Virus record (IMG/VR): IMGVR_UViG_3300020045_005151 | Location: 1 to 36,832 of that record | Source of the DNA: a virus | DNA: 36,832 nt | Strand: one strand, 5' to 3' | Shown here: piece by piece, positions 32,808 through 36,832 of the stretch | Layout: every line of letters begins with the position of its first letter | Numbering within the stretch: the first letter of the stretch is position 1 | Notes under the pieces: model-generated | What the model was told of the DNA's origin: nothing | Database searches by the model: none | The model's input: the letters and a program-made list of their open reading frames with translations, nothing else | Made by a program: the position numbers and the translations under genes

Positions 32808-32987
32808 ATGAATTACACATTAGGTAATATAAATTACGACAGAAGACAAAAAAAATATATAATTAGAGTAGATTGTATTCATTATCCAAAAGGTTATAAA
32901 TTTTTCTATAATGATACAGAAGAAGGTTTAAAAAGATTTATAGCTAAACAAGTTGAAAAACTAAAAGAATATAATTATGAAAAATGA
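32808..32987 (+). CDS. hypothetical protein (59 aa)
   Basis: 60 codons hand-verified (MNYTLGNINYDRRQKKYIIRVDCIHYPKGYKFFYNDTEEGLKRF...). Confidence 0.45.
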   Translation: MNYTLGNINYDRRQKKYIIRVDCIHYPKGYKFFYNDTEEGLKRFIAKQVEKLKEYNYEK

Positions 32988-33269
32988 AGATAAAAATAAA
33001 TATATTTACGAAGCAATATTAACTGATAAACAACTTAATTTTTTAAATAAAAAAAGATTTGAAATAATTTACTTATTGGATTATTTGGATGCTCACACGG
33101 AGCAAGTTATGGGGGTTATGATGTTTATAGATATGGTTTGAAACATACATTTTCAATATCTATACATTTTAATAGAGGTCAATTTATTATAGACAATTTA
33201 AAAGATTATTATAATCTGCAAAAAATTACATTTAATAATATTGTACCAAATTTTAGTATATCAATTTAA
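32977..33269 (+). CDS. hypothetical protein that needs a -1 shift (frame 0 is 32977-33141; the -1 frame is open 33063-33269 with no ATG)
   Basis: Frame 0 gives MKNEDKNKYIYEAILTDKQLNFLNKKRFEIIYLLDYLDAHTEQVMGVMMFIDMV*. The -1 frame gives ...GCSHGASYGGYDVYRYGLKHTFSISIHFNRGQFIIDNLKDYYNLQKITFNNIVPNFSISI*. A G5 run at 33111-33115 lies in the overlap. Confidence 0.4.
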
Positions 33270-33302
33270 CCAGTCTTAAAATGACTATAAAAAAATAGAG
33301 GT

Positions 33303-33488
33303 ATGGAAGTAATAATTACAGAAAATAATGAAACGTTGTCGATAATAACAACCGATAGCTTTACAGGAGAAGGAACGGATGATTTAAGACTTGAAATTGA
33401 TTCTAAATATTGTTCTGCTTGGATTCATTTAACAGATTATGAAGTTATAAAATTACGTGACAGACTTAATGAATGGATAGATGACTAA
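33303..33488 (+). CDS. hypothetical protein (61 aa)
   Basis: ORF track. Confidence 0.5.
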   Translation: MEVIITENNETLSIITTDSFTGEGTDDLRLEIDSKYCSAWIHLTDYEVIKLRDRLNEWIDD

Positions 33489-33836
33489 AACTAACACTGT
33501 GCTAAACGAATTAGAAAATAAGATTAGAAAAGAAATACCTGAGTTGATGGAGTTGGGTGTGAGTTTACAGATAAAAATAAAGTAATAAAATACACTGTTT
33601 TAGGTTTTGATAATGATGGTAAATTAACAGCTACTTATTTTAATAGATTTAAAATATCTTTTAATTACAATGTTGATAAATTTAGAGTTAAGTATATTTT
33701 AATCGGAAAACTAATACAACTTAATCACGTGTTGGAGTATGCAAGTGGACAAAAATATTTAATAGTAGATAAATGGAATCTAAAATCAAACCTACTATCA
33801 GAGCAATCGATTGAATTGATAAAATATATTTTATAA
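33481..33836 (+). CDS. hypothetical protein that needs a -1 shift near 33556-33558 (frame 0 stops at 33585; the -1 frame is open 33543-33836 with no ATG)
   Basis: MTKTNTVLNELENKIRKEIPELMELG joined to CEFTDKNKVIKYTVLGFDNDGKL...ILIGKLIQLNHVLEYA... gives a continuous, plausible 118-aa protein. The 98-codon second frame contains no Met. Confidence 0.45.
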
Positions 33837-33854
33837 CTTAAAAAAGATTAGATT

Positions 33855-34034
33855 ATGAGAGTAAATATAAATGGTGTTTGGTACGATGCAGAAGAAGTGC
33901 CAATTCAAATTGAATTAAGCCAATCAGATAAAAATAATATTGCAAATATGCACGAAGATAAATTTAATTACGTTTGTTTTCCTGACAATATGAAATTTGA
34001 AGAAGTTGCTGAAATATTAAAAATATATAATTAA
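33855..34034 (+). CDS. hypothetical protein (59 aa)
   Basis: 60 codons hand-verified (MRVNINGVWYDAEEVPIQIELSQSDKNNIANMHEDKFNYVCFPDNMKFEEVAEILKIYN). Confidence 0.45.
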   Translation: MRVNINGVWYDAEEVPIQIELSQSDKNNIANMHEDKFNYVCFPDNMKFEEVAEILKIYN

Positions 34035-34049
34035 ATACTTGAATGAGTT

Positions 34050-34280
34050 ATGAAAAAAAAAGAATTAAAACAAGAAATAGAAAAATTAACTATTTTAGTT
34101 AATGAGTTAAAAAAGCAAAAAAAGGAATTAATATCAAAACAATTTGATGAAGATATTACAAAAGTGATTGATACATTAAAAAAACATGGTCATTTAGATT
34201 GGCAAATTAATGTAGATAGACATAATTTTCGTCCTGAAATTGAAATTAAAAGAACTTATATATTTACATTATCCATATAG
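34050..34280 (+). CDS. hypothetical coiled-coil protein (76 aa)
   Basis: ORF track. Confidence 0.5.
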   Translation: MKKKELKQEIEKLTILVNELKKQKKELISKQFDEDITKVIDTLKKHGHLDWQINVDRHNFRPEIEIKRTYIFTLSI

Positions 34281-34285
34281 AAAAA

Positions 34286-34546
34286 ATGAGTGAACAAGAT
34301 AAAGCGAAAGAGTTAATAAAGAAACTTTATAATACAGATTGTGGGAGTGTTGGAGGATATGGACATATTGTTTTTGATGATGGTAATATAGATAATAATT
34401 CTATTGAATGGTGTATAAAATCAGCTAAAGAAAATAAATATAAAGATTCAACGTCAGAAGAAACAAGATTAGCTTCTTTAGTTGCATTAGAATATTTTTT
34501 ACAACTTACAGAATATAAAAGAGAACAAGTATATAATTCATTATAA
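34286..34546 (+). CDS. hypothetical protein (86 aa)
   Basis: ORF track. Confidence 0.5.
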   Translation: MSEQDKAKELIKKLYNTDCGSVGGYGHIVFDDGNIDNNSIEWCIKSAKENKYKDSTSEETRLASLVALEYFLQLTEYKREQVYNSL

Positions 34547-34555
34547 AATAAAAAC

Positions 34556-34585
34556 TTGTGAATTAAATAAAAATAACTAACTTTG
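34556..34585 (+). promoter_or_regulatory. Bacteroidota-type promoter TTG-N19-TAACTTTG, only 4 nt upstream of the sigma-factor ATG
   Basis: TTG at 34556-34558 and TAACTTTG at 34578-34585; ATG at 34590. This implies a leaderless or near-leaderless mRNA. Confidence 0.5.
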
Positions 34586-34589
34586 TTAA

Positions 34590-35036
34590 ATGTTGGAAGA
34601 ATTATCTAAAAATCATAAGCATTGGTTAAGTATTGCATATCAAATATGTAAGGATAAAGACTACGCTAATGATTTGGTTCAAGATATGTATTTAAAACTT
34701 TATAATTGTGATAAAGATATTAACGAATGGTATATTTATCGAGTTATAAAAAATATGTACTTAAACGCTTTAAAATCTAACAAAGAGAATTATACTTTAG
34801 ATTTTGATGTTCCAATAAGTGAGTTTGATATTGAACCAATGGATGACGTTGAAATAATGAACAGTATTTTTGAAACATCTCCAACTTATAGAAAGATAAT
34901 AATTGATAAGTGTGTCCAGTATGGAATAATGAATTTTTGCAGAGAAAGCAAAATATCTTATCCAATGGTAAAAAGAAACCAAGAATATTTAAAAACAGAA
35001 ATATGTCAAAGGAAAAAGAATCTCGGACTGATGTAG
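34590..35036 (+). CDS. phage-encoded sigma-70 family (ECF-like) sigma factor (148 aa)
   Basis: Region-2-like ANDLVQDMYLKLY...YIYRVIKNMYLNALKS. Region-4-like HTH YRKIIIDKCVQYGIMNFCRESKISYPMVKRNQEYLKTEI. Confidence 0.6.
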   Translation: MLEELSKNHKHWLSIAYQICKDKDYANDLVQDMYLKLYNCDKDINEWYIYRVIKNMYLNALKSNKENYTLDFDVPISEFDIEPMDDVEIMNSIFETSPTYRKIIIDKCVQYGIMNFCRESKISYPMVKRNQEYLKTEICQRKKNLGLM

Positions 35037-35266
35037 TTAGTAATTGTAATAATTGTACTAACATCGAATGGATAAAAAAAGATTTTGCTTTTCATAATCC
35101 AAGAAAATTAACACAAGAAGAAAAAGATAGTTTAAGCACGTTATCAGATGAAGATAAAGTAAAACTATATAACGAAACTTTTGGTACAACTATTGAAGAA
35201 CCTACCGAAAACGTTTTAAAACAAATTAATAACAAACTTAATCTATTGGCAAGTTATGAAAACTAA
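35003..35266 (+). CDS. hypothetical protein (87 aa from ATG 35003)
   Basis: Frame of track ORF 34910-35266. ATG 35003 minimises overlap with the sigma gene. Confidence 0.45.
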   Translation: MSKEKESRTDVVSNCNNCTNIEWIKKDFAFHNPRKLTQEEKDSLSTLSDEDKVKLYNETFGTTIEEPTENVLKQINNKLNLLASYEN

Positions 35267-35501
35267 AATATTAATATTATTTATCGTATTATTTTCATTC
35301 GGGGCAAGTTGTACGCCTGATGAATTACCAAGCCCTGATTGTAATTGCGGAACTATAACTGAAAAGATAGTTTTTCAAATCCCTAACAATGTATTCACAA
35401 AAATTAAAGTAAAAAACAATTGCGATAATACTATTAAAGATTTACAACTTACAGGTAATAGAACTGATTTAGTAATTAGCAATGAGTATTGTAATCAATA
35501 A
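35256..35501 (+). CDS. small Cys-rich lipoprotein (81 aa)
   Basis: MKTKILILFIVLFSFGASC signal/lipobox. Five further Cys in the mature part. Confidence 0.55.
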   Translation: MKTKILILFIVLFSFGASCTPDELPSPDCNCGTITEKIVFQIPNNVFTKIKVKNNCDNTIKDLQLTGNRTDLVISNEYCNQ

Positions 35502-35504
35502 GTT

Positions 35505-35678
35505 ATGAATAAAGATAAATTCTTTTATACTCATTGTATTCCTTTTAAATTATTAGATGTTATAACAATAAAATATATTTATGAATGGAGCGAATATTTA
35601 TATAAAATAAACTTTTTAACTATGAATGATGTATATTCTTATTTAAATGAAAAATTTAAACAATTTGATAATGATTAA
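35505..35678 (+). CDS. hypothetical protein (57 aa)
   Basis: 58 codons hand-verified (MNKDKFFYTHCIPFKLLDVITIKYIYEWSEYLYKINFLTMNDVYSYLNEKFKQFDND). Confidence 0.4.
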   Translation: MNKDKFFYTHCIPFKLLDVITIKYIYEWSEYLYKINFLTMNDVYSYLNEKFKQFDND

Positions 35679-35904
35679 ACAAGAAATAGACTTCTTAATT
35701 AAAGAAACAAAAGATAAAGAGCAAATGAAAACGTTATGTATTTCAGAACTCGACTATCTTAATTTATGTACTTTAAAGAAGCGTAAAAAAATGAAAGTGT
35801 ATAAAGGTTTTTATATATTCTATTCCGATAAAATAAACGTTGGAAGTAGTTACTTATTACCTTTTACAATAGACGAGATAAAAGCTAAAATGTTTATTGA
35901 ATAA
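35671..35904 (+). CDS. hypothetical protein (77 aa from ATG 35671; the track start 35647 is also possible)
   Basis: ORF track frame. ATG 35671 gives an ATGATTAA overlap with the upstream stop. Confidence 0.5.
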   Translation: MIKQEIDFLIKETKDKEQMKTLCISELDYLNLCTLKKRKKMKVYKGFYIFYSDKINVGSSYLLPFTIDEIKAKMFIE

Positions 35905-35919
35905 ACAGATTTTTTTCAG

Positions 35920-36216
35920 ATGGAAACAACAAACAACGAAAAGAAGCCAAACGGTGGTAAACGTGATGGCGCAGGGCGTAAAAGTGTAGCACAAGAACAA
36001 AAGGTAAACGAAATATTTTTAAGTGCCTTAAAAGGGCTTAAAAAAGTTGATACAGATGATGAAGCTAAAATAGAATTCGCAAAGGATTTATTAGAAAACC
36101 AAAGAGGACGGATATTTATTGCTGAACATTTATTTGGTAAACCTAAAGAAACTATTGACCAAAATGTAAGTATCAATTCATTTGAGTTAAAAGACGTAAT
36201 TAAATTTAAAGAGTAG
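35920..36216 (+). CDS. terS: terminase small subunit candidate (98 aa)
   Basis: Immediately upstream of terL. Basic N-terminal arm KKPNGGKRDGAGRKSV, typical of small DNA-binding packaging proteins. Confidence 0.55.
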   Translation: METTNNEKKPNGGKRDGAGRKSVAQEQKVNEIFLSALKGLKKVDTDDEAKIEFAKDLLENQRGRIFIAEHLFGKPKETIDQNVSINSFELKDVIKFKE

Positions 36217-36247
36217 GTATGTTATACAGCTGGTTAGCATTGAGAGA

Positions 36248-36832
36248 ATGGCTCAAATACTTTTTAAAACTATGATAACTCTAAATAAAAAATACTCACC
36301 ATTATTTGAAAACGATACACGCTATTTTATTATAACTGGTGGTCGTGGTTCAAGTAAGTCTTTCGGGGTTGGTAGCTTTACCAACCTTTTATCGTTTGAG
36401 CAAGGTCATAAAATACTATTCACACGTCAAACAATGACAAGTGCGCACCTTTCAATTATCCCAGAGTTTCAAGAGAAAATAGATTTAATGCAACTTAATA
36501 ATTATTTCGAGGTTAATAAATCAGAAATAAAAAACAAAGTAAGTAATAGCGAGATTATATTTAGAGGAATTAAAACAAGTAGCGGTGACCAAACTGCAAA
36601 TCTTAAATCTTTGCAAGGTGTTACAACTTGGATATTAGATGAAGCGGAGGAGTTAACAGATGAAACTACTTTCGATAAGATTAACTTATCTATTCGACAA
36701 AAAGGAAAACAAAACCGCATTATATTAATTCTTAATCCTGCAACAAAAGAGCATTTTATTTACAAACGTTTCTTTGAGGAGCGAGGAGTAAACGAGGGAT
36801 TTAACGGAATTAAAGACGATGTAACTTATATT
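36248..36832 (+). CDS. terL: terminase large subunit, N-terminal ATPase part (alternative in-frame ATG at 36272); runs off the window and continues at nt 2
   Basis: MITLNKKYSPLFENDTRYFIITGGRGSSKSFG (Walker A) ... TWILDEAEE (Walker B). No stop before 36832. The frame is continuous with 2-769. Confidence 0.9.
   Translation, partial: MAQILFKTMITLNKKYSPLFENDTRYFIITGGRGSSKSFGVGSFTNLLSFEQGHKILFTRQTMTSAHLSIIPEFQEKIDLMQLNNYFEVNKSEIKNKVSNSEIIFRGIKTSSGDQTANLKSLQGVTTWILDEAEELTDETTFDKINLSIRQKGKQNRIILILNPATKEHFIYKRFFEERGVNEGFNGIKDDVTYI
36712..36832. repeat. right copy of the 121-bp terminal overlap (identical to 1-121)
   Basis: Direct comparison of both ends. Confidence 0.95.

Noticed and set aside
36219-36275. 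An 18-codon ATG ORF between terS and terL.
   Set aside because: It is too short, has no features, and overlaps the more likely terL start region (ATG 36248 or 36272).
799-36720. Minus-strand track ORFs that overlap + strand genes: 799-1086, 2374-2601, 2714-2932, 4019-4204, 6285-6506, 7469-7684, 9886-10107, 12589-12792, 13059-13304, 14893-15078, 18071-18253, 19520-19735, 21191-21460, 26709-26915, 34777-35064, 34797-34982, 35916-36176, 36502-36720.
   Set aside because: Each lies fully antisense to a longer + strand ORF that has recognisable motifs or clear operon context. Their translations are low-complexity and hydrophobic or S/L/F-rich, as expected for shadow frames in AT-rich DNA. None has its own promoter/terminator context.
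1-36832. A search for tRNA/tmRNA genes, CRISPR repeats, integrase/excisionase/CI-like lysogeny genes and a DNA polymerase.
   Set aside because: I found no cloverleaf-capable GC-rich 70-90 nt segments, no regularly spaced direct repeats, and no ORFs with tyrosine or serine recombinase or polymerase motifs. Their absence is reported rather than any feature. This by-eye tRNA screen is weak and should be repeated with tRNAscan-SE or ARAGORN.

Overview
The window holds one complete, circularly closed genome unit of about 36.7 kb from a low-GC tailed dsDNA phage. Nt 1-121 are identical to nt 36712-36832, and the large terminase ORF runs off the right end and continues at nt 2. I found about 66 protein-coding genes. 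All lie on the + strand except one AT-rich cassette at 8552-8893. Genes are tightly packed with many ATGA/TAATG start-stop overlaps and no Shine-Dalgarno sequences. Promoter-like boxes fit the Bacteroidota TTG-N19-TAnnTTTG type, so I infer a Flavobacteriia-like host.

Modules in order:
- TerS/TerL packaging genes: 35920-36832 plus 1-769.
- Tail genes: a chaperone-like protein, two large tail proteins (one with a BACON-like C-terminus) and a tape-measure-like protein, 806-8222.
- The reverse-strand moron.
- Head genes: XkdF-like protease/scaffold, major capsid, a 172-aa structural protein, a portal fused to a Mu-F-like domain, a connector and a fibre, 8960-15549.
- A lysis cassette with 4-5 small membrane proteins and a CHAP endolysin, 15551-17625.
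- A long block of small early genes, 18.1-25.2 kb.
- A replication/recombination module, 25.4-32.6 kb: coiled-coil protein, SSB-like protein, BT4734/D5-type primase-helicase, SNF2 helicase, VRR-NUC nuclease and a C5-methyltransferase-like protein.
- More small genes and an ECF-like sigma factor, 34590-35036.

I saw no integrase, repressor, DNA polymerase, tRNA or CRISPR array.

Most noteworthy:
- An iteron and nested inverted-repeat cluster upstream of the primase-helicase, a candidate origin.
- A compact H-type pseudoknot plus AU-rich tract just upstream of the SSB-like gene, resembling the T4 gene 32 operator.
- Recurring leaders that combine a terminator with an upstream complement of it.
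- T7-like acidic tails ending in DF on both the SSB-like protein and the primase-helicase, although the genome encodes no polymerase.
- An orphan structured transcript flanked by a 25-bp palindromic repeat.
- A unimolecular-spanin-like lipoprotein.
- Three ORFs that need a -1 shift at homopolymers.

All protein family calls come from motif recognition by eye, not from database searches.
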